From Octopus sinensis (lineage: Eukaryota): a DNA stretch of 64,000 nucleotides. This document shows, one piece after another, positions 1 to 12,260 of this stretch (its first letter is position 1; each line of letters opens with the position of its first letter). The DNA lies in assembly GCF_006345805.1 (NCBI RefSeq), contig NC_043007.1, positions 35,650,001 through 35,714,000 on the forward strand, read 5' to 3'. The notes under the pieces were generated by a model. That model was not told where the DNA came from. It did no database searches and saw only the letters and a list, made by a program, of their open reading frames with translations. A program made the position numbers and the translations under genes.

Positions 1-147
1 AATTTTTGGGGAGGAGGCCAGTCGATTAGATCAACCCCAGTATGCAACTGGTACTTAATTTATCGACCCTGAAAGGATGAAAGGCAAAGTTGACCTCTGC
101 AGAATTTGAACTCAGAATGTAAAGACAGATGAACTATTACTAAGCAT
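1..147 (-). mobile_element. SINE family B copy (tRNA-like head, GTTCAAATTC B-box), truncated by window edge
   Basis: Reverse complement of the family core GTTCTGAGTTCAAATTC..GAGGTC(G/A)ACTTTGCCTTTCATCCTTTC, which recurs more than 15 times in the window. Confidence 0.85.
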
Positions 148-230
148 TTTGCCTGGCGTGTTAATGTTTCTGCCAGCTCAACTCCTTAGGACTACTACAT
201 TCTGTTGGGAAATAAACTTTACTATATGCA

Positions 231-264
<34 letters not shown>

Positions 265-299
265 CATGTGTATGTGTGTGTGTGTATCTGCATATATAT

Positions 300-452
300 G
301 CAATTCTGCCGAGGTCGACTTTGCCTTTCATTCTTTCGGGGTCGATAAATTAAGTGCCAGTTACGCACTGGGGTTGATGTTATCGACTTAATCCGTTTGT
401 CTGTCCTTGTTTGTCCCCTCTGTGTTTAGCCCCTTGTGAGTAGTAAAGAAAT
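300..452 (+). mobile_element. SINE family B, 5'-truncated
   Basis: Core plus the tail ..GTCCCCTCTGTGTTTAGCCCCTTGTG(G/A)GTAGTAAAGAAATA. Confidence 0.85.
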
Positions 453-544
453 ATATATGTATATATATGTGTGTATGTATAAATATATTGTATGTACGTA
501 TTTGTACATATATGTATATACACATGTGTGTGTATGTATGTATG

Positions 545-583
<39 letters not shown>

Positions 584-586
<3 letters not shown>

Positions 587-778
587 ATAAAACGGTAAGA
601 TAACAAAGAAAGAAAGAGACCTCAATATTATGTAAATAGAGGAAATTTATCTATACAATATGTTACATTACTCGGTAGTCAAGATAAAACTCTGAGTTTC
701 AGATGCCGAAGTGGAAATCCACGGCATCTGAAACTCAGAGTTTTATCTTGACTACCGAGTAATGTAACATATTGTATA
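584..778 (-). mobile_element. TA-flanked fold-back element (57-bp perfect inverted repeat), candidate PLE-derived
   Basis: 652-708 is the exact reverse complement of 722-778 with a 13-nt loop. There is a one-sided extension 584-651. (TA)n lies on both sides. A related copy is at 1635-1854. Confidence 0.75.
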
Positions 779-1381
779 TATATATATATATATATATAAT
801 AATATATATATATATATATACATACACACACACACACAAACATACACACATAGAGGGCCTGCTTTTGTCAAGAACAAAATGGTGGCCATTTGAAGAATGT
901 AATTTTGCAAAACTACTTCTAAAGGTTTTCCAAGAAGTGTTATTAGTGTTTATAGAAGAATAAATATGAATATTTTATAATTAAAAGGGTAATTAAATTT
1001 TGCAATGATTCAGTAATTTTGGAGACATTCTGTGTATATTTGTATGTATATACGTGGTGTGTATGTGTTGTGTTAACAAATGACAGACAGGGTACTCGAT
1101 ACAAACAAGTGGAGTATAATTTATTTGGCTAAAAGCCATAACCATTACTTACAAATTTCTGGGAATACAAGCTTCATCAGACAGCAGCCATGGTTGAATT
1201 ATACTGAAACAGAGATTCAAGGAATGATTAATGGCTTTCAGCCAAATATGTATACTATATATATATATATATTTCGTTTTTGATTTATATATATATATAA
1301 TGTATATTTATAATATATATATATATTATGATATTATTATATACATAAATATAATATATATATGTATATTATTATATATAC

Positions 1382-1426
<45 letters not shown>

Positions 1427-1634
1427 TATGTTATTATATATAGATATATATGTAATTATATATTATATTATGTATAATAATAATATAATATGTATATTAT
1501 ATATATATATATTATGTATATTATATATATATATATAATGTATATTATATAAATATATTTATGTATTATTGTAGTATATATACATACACATATAATATTA
1601 TGTATATTAGATATATATATGTATAGTATATATA

Positions 1635-1854
1635 TTATCTGTAAATATAATATGTGAGAATTATTCGGTAGCCATGATAAAACTCTGAGTTTCAGATGTT
1701 GGGGTGGAAACCCATGCACCAATACATCCGAAACTCAGTGTTTTATCATGGCTACTGAATAATTGTCACATAGTATATTTACAGATAAATTCCTCTATTT
1801 ACCTAATGTCGAAGTCTCTTTCATTCTTTCGTTGTCTTACCATTTTCTATCAAT
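1635..1854 (+). mobile_element. Second copy of the TA-flanked fold-back element (imperfect arms 1635-1702 / 1719-1788)
   Basis: Same architecture and tail (..TCTCTTTC..TCTTACC.TTTT.TATCAAT-TATA) as 584-778, in opposite orientation. Confidence 0.75.
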
Positions 1855-1873
1855 ATATATATATTATGTATAT

Positions 1874-1928
<55 letters not shown>

Positions 1929-2262
1929 TGTATGTATGTATGTATATGTATTCATGTATGCTTAAATACACACATTCACACTCACTCAAATATGTGGGTT
2001 TTGTGAATTTATATATATATATATTCATGTACATATGTATGTAGAAGAATGGCAAAGGAAATATACCCAGCTATACCTGCTGTATGAAAACTTAATTGTT
2101 AAGTGGGTGGCAGGTAATGTTTTGTTTTAAGAATTACTGGTGATCATTGTAATGGTAGTGTTGGTGTCTCAGTGGAAGTGGCTTGATGCCAGCCCAGCTA
2201 TGAAGAACAGGAATCACAGTAGTAGCAGTATAAAAGGCAAAGATGGGACACAGCACATAAGT

Positions 2263-2583
2263 AAGAGCACTCCGTCGGTTACGACAACGAAGGTCCCAGC
2301 TGATACGATCAGTGGAACAGCTTGCTCGTGGAATTAATGTGCAAGTGACTGAGCAATCCACAGACACGTGTACCCCTAACGTAGTTCTCAGGGAGATTCA
2401 GCATGACACAGAGTGTGACAAGGCCGGCCCTTTGAAATACAGGTACAACTCATTTTTGCCAGCTGAGTGGACTGGAGCAATGTGAAATAAAGTATCTTGC
2501 TCAAGGACACAATGCGTCACCCGGAATTGAACTCACGACTTTACAGTCGTGAGTCAAATGGCCTAACAACTAAGCCACGTGCC
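2263..2583 (-). mobile_element. SINE family E (tRNA-like head, CTTGAGCAAGA.ACTT core)
   Basis: A-box TGGCTTAGTTG and B-box GTTCAATTCC on the minus strand. The core is shared with 7820-8147, 18378-18500, 38160-38376 and 40665-40800. Confidence 0.75.
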
Positions 2584-3002
2584 TTTACTACACAGCCCAA
2601 GCAGGACTCAGGTCAGAGCTCAGTGGTGTTTGTGAGTGGTTGCTGGCTAACCTATTTGAACAGCTTTGTCTTTGAATGTGATCTAGGATGTCTGTAGGTG
2701 TGTGTATCAGTTAACGTAAAGGAGTTAGGACTACAAAAGATTCAGTTTCTGTACTGGCAGCATCAGCTTACGTTGACTATGTGATCCAAGAAGAATTGTA
2801 ACAGTTGAAATCATTGGGGATGATGAAATAGGTGGTGAGACAGAGGTCCTTCAATGCAGGAGCAGATGTATTTGTTGGTGGTTTGGAAGAGTGTGAAGCC
2901 AGGTGTAGGAAACAAAAATACTTAGCTGCACTTATGATCGCAAGGTTGTGGTTTTGATTCCTGGACTGCATGGTGCCTTGTCTTCTTAAGCAAAACACAA
3001 AA

Positions 3003-3168
3003 GTGGCTATGTGGTAAGTAGCTTTCTTACGAACCATATGGTTCCGGGTTCAGTCCCACTGCGTGGCACCTTGGGCAAGTGTCTTCTACTATAGCCTCAG
3101 GCCGACCAAAGCCTTGGGAGTGGATTTGGTAGATGGAAACTGAAAGAAGCCCGTCGTATATATATGTG

Positions 3169-3199
<31 letters not shown>

Positions 3200-3399
3200 C
3201 TGTGTTTGTCCCCTAACATCACTTGACAACTGATGCTGTTGTGTTTACGTCCCTGTAACTTAGCGGTTCAGCAAAAGAGACCGATAATATAAGTACTAGG
3301 CTTACAAAGAATAAGTCCTGGGGTCGATTTGCTCGACTAAAGGCAGTGCTCCAGCATGGCCACAGTCACATGACTGAAACAAGTAAAAGAGTAAAGAGT
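3003..3399 (+). mobile_element. SINE family A (tRNA-like head, CORE-like CCTTGGGCAAGTG, internal TA/TG microsatellite)
   Basis: A-box TGGCT(A/G)TGTGG, B-box GGTTCAGTCCC, tail GAAACAAGTAAAAGAG. About 18 copies in the window. Confidence 0.9.
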
Positions 3400-3811
3400 A
3401 ATACACATTTCAATGCTTCTAATAAAAAAACAAATGTTAGTTTGTTTATATTAATACACACTTCATTTCATGTTGCTCCAGTCCACTCAGCTGTAAGTGA
3501 GCCACCCTGTGATGATGGACTGGCATCCTATTCAGGGGGAATGTTGTGACCTCAATCACTTATATGTCACAGAAACTAGGTAATCAGCACTACGGGTCCT
3601 AAGACTCAACACAGTAAAATCCAGGTACTTACTGCCCTTTTTTTTTATCCAGGTGAGTGAGGTGTATATAAATGTACACAGGTACGTATACTTGTATGCC
3701 TCTATGTGGCATATAAGTATATCTGCATGTATGGGTGCACTACATATGTACCAACATCATATTTTTGAGTACAACATGAATACGGTAAAGTATTGGACAG
3801 TTTTAGTTTTT

Positions 3812-4612
3812 GGTATCTAAAAAAGAGAAGATATCTTTGGTATCTGAAGAACAGAAGGAATCTCTGTATTGCGAGATTACCATAATTCCCTGATAGGAAT
3901 CTAGTTTGAATCGTTTAACAGAGTGAACTTTGGTAAGGGTACTCATGAGCAAGGAATGATACTAAACCAAGTGGTATGATGTTGAGATGACTTATGGATA
4001 AGAGTCAACCCTTATCTTATAAGGGTTGACCTTATGGATAAGAGGAACAGGGTAGATTGTTTGCATGTAAGTAAGATGTAATGTATGAGACCTAAATTAG
4101 AACAGAGTCTGTGAGTGTTGGAGAAAATGTGAAAGAATAGTTTGCCACATTTAGTTTTAGATATTTGGTACCTAGGGAAGAACAAAAGGGGTTCTCTGTA
4201 TCGTGAGATCACTATAAGTCTCTGATCTGGTTTGAGTCTTTTAACAGAATCAACTTAATTAAGGGTACTTATGATCAAGGAATGACAGACACTAAGCCAA
4301 GTGGTATGATGTTGAGATGGCTTACGGATACGAGTTGAGGGATTCATGTCTAAAGAGGAATGGGGTGGATAGTTTGTGTGTAAGATGTGATGTGTGAGGC
4401 CTGAGTTGGAAGAGAGCCTATTAATGTTAGAGGAAAGGTGGGAGAATAGCTTGGCAGGTTTAGTTGAAATTTTTGGTATCTAGGGAAGAACAGGATGTCT
4501 CTGTATTGTAAGGTCACCCTAATTCCACGGTAAGAATCTAGTTTTGAATCTTTTAACTAAGTGAACTTTTCTAAGAGTACTTATGAAATGATGCTAAACC
4601 AGGTAGTATGAC
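3812..4612. repeat. Degenerate tandem repeat, about 2.5 units of about 310-330 bp
   Basis: Unit starts GGTA(T/C)CT..GAAGAACA at 3839, 4167 and 4475. Shared blocks include CTCTGTAT, AAGGGTACT.ATGA and CTAA.CCAAGTGGTATGATGTTGAGATG. Confidence 0.7.
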
Positions 4613-4846
4613 ATATCTATTTTTATCACCCAAATAAAAAAGAGGGAGAGAGAGAGAGTACCATTTATGTCATACACAATAGGACTACATTAGACAAATG
4701 ATGACTCAGAGTCAAATTCGTACATATGTAACTATTAAACATGTCGGAGAATGTAGAACATGTATTTGTATATTTATGTGCAAGCCTGTTTAGCCTATGC
4801 ATTTATGCACATACATACATATATGCTTACATACACACATATATAT

Positions 4847-4894
<48 letters not shown>

Positions 4895-5145
4895 GTATGT
4901 ATACATGTATATTTTTTTGTTCTGTATCTAGGGAGAGTCACTATACCAATATAATTAACACACACACTGGTTCATTTCCACTCCCTTTCTTTATTATTTG
5001 CCAACTGGTTAAATATCCAATTAATTTGATTTGCCTTTGTTTGTCGAAGGTCTTTCATTGCTATTTGCATATACATATTTAAATAAAGATATACAGATAT
5101 ATATATATATATATATATATATCTATATATATATATATATATATA

Positions 5146-5510
5146 AGGCGCAGAAGTGGCTGTGGGGTAAGCAGCTTGCTTACCAACCTCACGGTTCTGG
5201 GTTCGGTCCCACTGCGTGGCACCTTGGGCAAGTGTCTTCTACTATAGCCTTGTGAGTGGATTTGGTAGACAGAAACTGAAAGAAGCCTGTTGTATATATG
5301 TATATGTGTGTGTGTTTGTGTTTGTCCCCCCAACATCGCTTGACAACCGATGGTGGTGTGTTTACGTCCCCGTAACTTAGCAGTTCGGCAAAAGACACTG
5401 AATAGAATAAGTAGTAGGCTTGCAAAGAGTAAGTCCTGGGGTCAATTTGCTCGACTAAAGGTGGTGCTCCAGCATGGCCACAGTCAAATGACTGAAACAA
5501 GTAAAAGAGA
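5146..5510 (+). mobile_element. SINE family A
   Basis: Near full-length match to the family consensus seen across copies. Confidence 0.9.
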
Positions 5511-5511
5511 G

Positions 5512-5552
<41 letters not shown>

Positions 5553-5555
<3 letters not shown>

Positions 5556-5672
5556 GGAGTAAACACATAAATGTGAAACAAGGTGGAAAAAAGAGTACTC
5601 AAATACCAGGGGTAGAGTGAAACTCAGAGTAACAGGTTTTGTTGAATTTCTGCTGCTTTTAAATAAAGTATA
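5553..5672. mobile_element. Short TA-flanked element; part recurs inverted at about 56725-56795
   Basis: CCGGAGTAAACACATAAATGTGAAACAAGGTGGAAAAAAGAG is the reverse complement of about 56755-56795. Both are bounded by (TA)n. Confidence 0.65.
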
Positions 5673-5879
5673 TATATATATATGTATGTATGTATGTATT
5701 TATATAAAGATATATATATGTATGTATGTATGTATTTATATAAAGATATATATATATGTAGTATGTATTTATATAAAGATATATAGATATACATATATAT
5801 ATATATTGTTTTTTTTTGTTTTTGTTTTCCAGTTTCAGCTCTGAGCTGTGGCATGCGGGCACCGCCATTGTGGTGAAAG

Positions 5880-6024
5880 AGTACAGCAGGGATCACCACC
5901 CTGCCAGAGCCTCGTAGAGCTTTAGGTGTTTTCGCTCAATAAACACACACAACGCCCAGTCTGAGATCGAAAACGCTATCCTGCGACCGCGAGTCCGCTG
6001 CCCTAACCACTAGGCCATTGCGCC
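5880..6024 (-). mobile_element. SINE family D, 5' fragment
   Basis: Head GGCGCAATGGCCTAGTGGTTAGGGCAGCGGACTCGCGG on the minus strand, as at 42178 and 63089. Confidence 0.8.
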
Positions 6025-7476
6025 TGTATATATATAAATTAGATAGAAGATAGATAGATAGATAGATAGATATGTGTGTCTTTGTTGGCTGCAGTGTCCT
6101 TGCTATGGTATTGCACAGGAGTTGTAAATGGCGGTCATCATCTTTGAAAAGATGTGTGGCTGCAGGGAAAGTATATTGCTTTGCTTGAAACAGGTGACAC
6201 CCATGATGTTAGGTAGAGCATCTATCTGGATGTTAAGAAAAAAAAATCTCTCTCAAACATATTCAGTTTGGATTTGCAATCAGGGAAAAGCGTGTGTTAA
6301 AGCGATGATTATGATGATGCTGATAATGAGGGTAGTGGTAGTTGTGGTGATAGCGTTGGTGGTGGTGGTGGTGAGGAGGAGAAGGAGGAGGAGGGGGAGG
6401 AGGAGGAGGAGAGGAGGAAGAGAAATGGGACATGTCAGACGCTGTATTTAGGCAAAATTCAGCCATGAATAATGCTTTAATACTAAATAACTGTGTGTGT
6501 GTGTGTGTGTGTGCAGTTGTGCATTCAATGTTTTTGTACCCCTCTGAAACAACAACATACAGTGAGTTCATTGTTAGCTCGTGTAACATACACTGACACT
6601 AACATATGTATATGTGTGTGTGTGTGTATATATATATGTTTATATATAGATGTATATATATATATATATGTGTGTGTATGTATGATTGTATGTATATATT
6701 TGTGTGTATGTATGATTGTATGTATATATTTATATATATGTATGTATGTATGATTGTATATATATATATATGTATACACACATACATATATACATACATA
6801 CATACACGCACACACATTCACGCTGATACAAATTACATACACACATTCACAGATATACATATATTAGCACACACAGCTACAGAGTGACATATAAGTACAC
6901 ACATTCAAAGTCGCATATATTGCATTAATCTTCATGCACATGCATGTGCACCCACCCCGCACACATACGTGCATATACACACACACACACACACACACAT
7001 ACAGAGTCACACACGCATGCAACATTATTAATTACATGTCTCGGCTCCTAATCTAAGAAGCATGTTGGAGACTGTACTTCCTTTCTATCCATGTTGCCCT
7101 TGCTGCTTTCACTCTCCCTCTCTCTCTCTCTCCATCTCTCCACATGTGGCCATTGGGTTGTGAAGTGGTGACCGACTGCACCCAGCCTCTATTTATACCC
7201 TTCCCCCCTACTGTTCCGTTGACTGAGTCGCCCATCCCTCAAACCCCCCACACCCTAACCCTAGATTATCTGCAAATCTCCCGAGTACGTGTCGTGTCGG
7301 GGGGGATATTTTCTGAAGCATAGAAAGTGATGGAAAAACATGGCAACAACATTTCCATCCCTTCCAGTGTATTTGCAGATGCACTTGTGTGCATGTACAT
7401 GCAGTTTGTTGCTTGTATATATACAGGGTGCAATGGGTAAATTGTCGACGTTTTATATATTCAATTTTACACATAC

Positions 7477-7710
7477 CCTCTTTTCTCTTTTACTTGTTTC
7501 AGTCATTTGACTGTGGCCATGCTGGAGCACCGCCTTTAGACAAGCAAATTGACCCTGGGTCTTATTCTTTGTAAGCTTAGTACTTATTCTATTGGTGTCT
7601 TTTGTCGAACCCCTAAGTTACAGGGAACGTAAATACACCAGCATCGGTTGTCAAGCGATGTTGGGGGTACAAATACAGACACACAAACATATACATATAC
7701 ACATACACAC
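7477..7710 (-). mobile_element. SINE family A, 3' half
   Basis: Tail and post-microsatellite body match family A. Confidence 0.85.
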
Positions 7711-7819
7711 ATAAAATCTAAGTGTGCCTGACATGACACATTATCTAATGTATTTATTTGCATATTATATATGCCTTTCTTGCAAAAAAAAAAACTTAAA
7801 AAATAAATTTTTACATCCA

Positions 7820-8147
7820 TTTGGCTCAGTGGTTAGAGCATCGGGCTCGCAATCATGAGGTAATGAGTTCAATTCCTGGACCGAGTTGTGTTGTGTTCTT
7901 GAGCAAGACACTTTATTTCATGTTGCTCCAGTTCACTCAGCTGTAGAAATGAGTTGCAACATCACTGGTGCTAAGCTGTATTAGCCATTGAGTTTCCCTT
8001 GGATAACATCGATGGCATGGAAAGGTGAGGTTGATATGCATGGGTGACTGCTGGTCTTCCATAAACAACCTTGTCCGGATTTGTGCCTCAGAGGGGGTTC
8101 TTTCTAGGTGCAATCCCATAGTCATTCATGACTGAAGGGGTTCTTTA
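7820..8147 (+). mobile_element. SINE family E
   Basis: TGGCTCAGTGGTTAGAGC A-box, GAGTTCAATTCC B-box, CTTGAGCAAGACACTT core. Confidence 0.75.
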
Positions 8148-8315
8148 TGTAAAGGCTATTTATCATCATCATCATTCTTTTGATGTCCACTTTTAATGCC
8201 TGTATGAGATGGAATTTCTACAGCTTGGAATATTTTCCTATTTCCAACTTCTGCCTGCTTCCAAGTAAGGTAATATTTTTCCATACCCAGACATGTTTTC
8301 ATGGAAGATTGGAAA

Positions 8316-8708
8316 CATCATCATTGTTCGACCGTGGTCGAAACAATGTAATTTACTATGCTACACCAGACTTCATGGTCCATCATAGCATTACAGAGGT
8401 CCTGTTGCTGGATGCCTGTATCCTTGGAGATTACATCAGGGTAGGAGAGTGTGCGCCCTCTAGTATCTCAAGCAGATGGCTTCCAGAGGAGAAGAGTAGA
8501 AATTACCTCGTTTTTAGCTCTACAACAATGTCCAGCAAACTGGACTCTTCTACCTTTCACAAGAGATGATATAGGTGGTAGTTTCCCATATATTTGTACT
8601 TTGGTTGGATGACGCTTCCATGAGAAATTTTGAGCTCTCATAAGGAGGCGAGTGTAAGTTCCATCCAACCGCCTCTCAAGTTTCTTTGATAACGTCCAGA
8701 TTGGAAAC
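8316..8708 (-). mobile_element. RTE-clade LINE, 3' end of ORF (pseudogenised)
   Basis: Translation WTLSKKLERRLDGTYTRLL..VQFAGHCCR..LLWKP..RGRTLSYPDVISKDTG..MMDHEVW matches the RTE ORF C-terminus. Ends in a GAT-repeat tail. Confidence 0.8.
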
Positions 8709-9093
8709 AAAGGACACTGCTAGCATGACAGTGATGCTCGTTTACAGTTATCACATGGTGTGAAGAGACAATAACACTCATACATAAACATATACACATA
8801 TAAAGACAGGGTTTGTTTTTTTTTTTCTGTTTCCACCTACCAAATCCAATCCACTCAGAAGAAGACACTTGGTTACGGTACATCATGGGGGGTGGGATGA
8901 ACCTGAAACCATGTGGTTGGGAAACAAAGTTCTTAACACCACACAGCCATGCCTAGGCCTATGTTGTTTTAATGTACTTGATTTTGGGTGATTAATTTAA
9001 GGTTGGTTATAGGCTGAACAGAAAATCAGTTTTACTTCAAGTGCTGATGTAAATAATAAGATGGTTGCATATATTTCTACCTGCTGATATAAT

Positions 9094-9589
9094 CAGGGCT
9101 TTGGAGTCGAAACAAAAAATTTCGACTCCAACTCCTCTTTATGTAATTTAGAGATTGTGGTCTGTATATCTCATAAAGCATATGCACACTTGTACTTTGA
9201 GTTGGCCTATATGTTATAACTGGTTTATATTAACCCTTTCGTTACCATATTTATTTTGGGATGCTCTGTGTTTCTTTCAATTAATTTAAAATATAACAAA
9301 GAATTTAGTAAAATAACTTAGTTGTCATTAAGCTAGTGTTAAGAACATAAATTGTGACTAAGGTTTGGTGGTTGATTTTAATTTCGAAACTTATGAAAGC
9401 AAGACATTTGTACTACAGAGCCAGAGGCGGTTTCAGCCGGGCTAGTATCAAAAGGGTTAAAGTATAAAGATATTATGTTTTGGAGTCAGTATAGTTTTAC
9501 TAACTCCAGCTCCCACTTAATTGTTTCCGACTCTGACTCCACGACTCCAATTCTGACCCTCCAACTCCAACTCCGACTCCACAGCTTTG
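9094..9589. mobile_element. hAT-type MITE with 8-bp TSD
   Basis: TIRs CAGGGCTTTGGAGTCG / CGACTCCACAGCTTTG, subterminal GACTCC repeats, perfect TSD GATATAAT at 9086-9093 and 9590-9597. Confidence 0.85.
9234..9456 (+). mobile_element. piggyBac-type MITE nested in the hAT MITE
   Basis: TTAA-CCCTTT...AAAGGG-TTAA ends. Homologous copies at 16937-17151 and 62238-62699. Confidence 0.85.
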
Positions 9590-9674
9590 GATATAATATA
9601 GAAGGTATTCAAAGTCATTTTCTATAAAATGTAGAATAATTTGTATTCTAAGGGAAGCTTTGAAGATTGCCTTT

Positions 9675-10010
9675 ACGTTCTGAGTTCAAATTCTGCCTAG
9701 GTCGACCTTTCGGGGTCGATTAAATAAGTACCAGTTACGCACTGGGTCAATATAATCAATTAAATCCATTTGTCTGTCCTTATTTGTCCCCTCTGTGTTT
9801 AGCCCCTTGTGGGTAGTAAAGAAATAGGTATTTTGTCTGTCTTTACGTTCCGAGTTCAAATTTCGCCGAGGTCAACTTTGCCTTTTATCCTTTCGGGGTC
9901 AATTAAATAAGTACCAGTTACTCACTGGGGTCAATATAATCGACTTAATCTGTTTGTCTGTCCTTGTTTATCCCCTCTGTGTGTAGCCCCTTGTGGGCAG
10001 TAAAGAAATA
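9675..10010 (+). mobile_element. SINE family B tandem dimer
   Basis: Two about 183-bp units joined at GTAAAGAAATA|GGTATTTTGTCTG. Confidence 0.85.
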
Positions 10011-10546
10011 AAAATTCTTAACAAATTATCAAAGGCAAAGAAAAATTACACCTAATAAATGGATAATTTTATTTTAATTATCGAATTACACTGATTCTTT
10101 ATTAACAGAAGTTAATTAGAATATTTTGTTGTGTCCTGGGAAAGTCATTAGGCTAATAATCCTTTCTGCTGTAGACACAAGACCTGAAATTTAGGGAGGG
10201 GGAAAATTAATTACATCAAATCCTTTGCTCAGCTGGTATTTATTTTAGTGACCCCCAAGGAGGCTGAAAGGCAAAGCTGAACTTATTATTATGCCAATAA
10301 CAACACACACACACAAGCAGGTTCACTTCCACTTCTTTATTGTTAGTGAATTGGTTAAATATCTAACCAGCTATTTAACCGATCGATTGTTTGTTTAATG
10401 AGCCGGTTAAACAATCGAGTGATTGTTTGTTAGTCAGAGTTCTTTCGTCATTGTTTGCGACCTTTTCGGTGACTCAGTGACTTGTCCTCTCGCTCCGAGG
10501 TCTGTTCCGAGTCTGTCTGAGAATTGGTCCTACGTCTGTGTGCATG

Positions 10547-10596
<50 letters not shown>

Positions 10597-10977
10597 TAGA
10601 AGAGGATTACTTGATTCAGTGTATATTTAGTAGGATTCGTTTTCTCTCTCACACACTCACACACACACAATCACACACATAGGTGCATGTGTGCACACTC
10701 AGCATAATTCCAGATATTTTGGTAAACATTGATCAATAAAGCTTATCAGTAGTCGATATAAAATAAACAGAAATTCACTATTAAATGAAATTCACTGTAA
10801 ATAATGACTTATCAAAATCATGTTATTGTGTGCATATGCATGCATGTGTGTGTGTGTGTGTGAGTGAATGAGTAATTGAGTTCTACTAATTATACTTTGA
10901 ACCAATTAATCTATTGTTAATAACTTGTATTAAATACATTCACCCATACGTTTATACATGCACAGATACATATATAC

Positions 10978-11013
<36 letters not shown>

Positions 11014-11043
11014 TATGTATGTATATATATGTTTGTGTATTTA

Positions 11044-11087
<44 letters not shown>

Positions 11088-11238
11088 GATATGTTTAATC
11101 CATGATCATTAGTCTAACAAAATATATTTTGTTTGATTAATGATTACGAATCAAATATTTCCCCACTCTCAGACTTATCTTTGAATACTTTATTCTAAGT
11201 GTCCAGACATAGTTTCTTAATGAATTTGTTACCCACTG

Positions 11239-11273
<35 letters not shown>

Positions 11274-11277
<4 letters not shown>

Positions 11278-11518
11278 GTGCTCATGGGAACTGCTCTATC
11301 CTATGCAAAATACTTTCTATGTAATCTCAAGTTTTAAAACAAATATAATTTTCATGCTTTTTTTTTCTAGACATTCACTAGTACAACACTAAAAAAATAG
11401 CCAAATGTATGGCACACTAGGCATAACAACAACATGAACTTCCAACCTGTTGTCTCTTGAGGTCTCTGGGAGAGACCTGGAGCCAACTTGTGCAAATATA
11501 AAGCAAAAGTCAAACATG

Positions 11519-11520
<2 letters not shown>
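11274..11520 (+). mobile_element. R4/Dong-like (RLE) LINE 3' end inside (TAA)n
   Basis: Reverse-complement homolog of 57219-57470. (TAA)n on both sides. Confidence 0.7.
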
Positions 11521-11560
<40 letters not shown>

Positions 11561-11634
11561 TGATGATGATGATGATGATAATAATAATAACAACATCCTA
11601 ACCACTAAGCCATGCACCTTCACACTCTGTAAGG

Positions 11635-11780
11635 TGGTGGTTCTTAGGGAGGGCATCCAGCCATAAAAACCCTGCCAAAACAGACAGGGAAGCCTGGTGC
11701 AGCCTTCAGCCTAGCCAGTCCCTGTTAAACTGTCCAACCCATGCCAGCAAGGAAGATGGAGTTTAAATGATGATGATGAT
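11635..11780 (+). mobile_element. RTE-X-tail repeat (family C), short
   Basis: AGGGCATCCAGC..CCAACCCATGC.AGCA..TTAAA(TGA)n tail. Confidence 0.7.
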
Positions 11781-11851
11781 GATGTACATACACATACTGA
11801 CACATACACACACACACACAGACACACTTACATGCATGCACTTATATCTAT

Positions 11852-12260
11852 TACTCTTTACTCTTTTACTTGTTTCAGTCATTTGACTGTGGCCATGCTG
11901 GAGCACCGCCTTTAGTCGAGCAAATCGACCCCGGGACTTATTCTTTGTAAGCCCAGTACTTATTCTATCGGTCTCTTTTGCCGAACTACTAAGTGACGGG
12001 GACATAAACACACCAGCATCGGTTGTCAAGCAATGCTAGGGGGACAAACACAGACACACAAACATACACGCACATACATATATATATACATATATACGAC
12101 AGGCTTCTTTCAGTTTCCGTCTACCAAATCCACTCACAAGGCTTTGGTCGGCCCGAGGCTATAGTAGAAGACACTTGCCTAAGGTGCCACGCAGTGGAAC
12201 TAAACCCAGAACCATGTGGTTGGTAAACAAGCTACTTACCACACAGCCACTCCTGCGCCT
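11852..12260 (-). mobile_element. SINE family A, full length
   Basis: Complete head-to-tail match. Confidence 0.9.

Noticed and set aside
1145-1190. Minus-strand CTGATGA...GAAA hammerhead-like string
   Set aside because: Neither stem I nor stem II can be paired convincingly.
7250-7300. Helitron-like 3' end (hairpin CCCGA/TCGGG then CTAG on the minus strand)
   Set aside because: CTAG is not followed by T, and no matching 5' end or second copy is visible.
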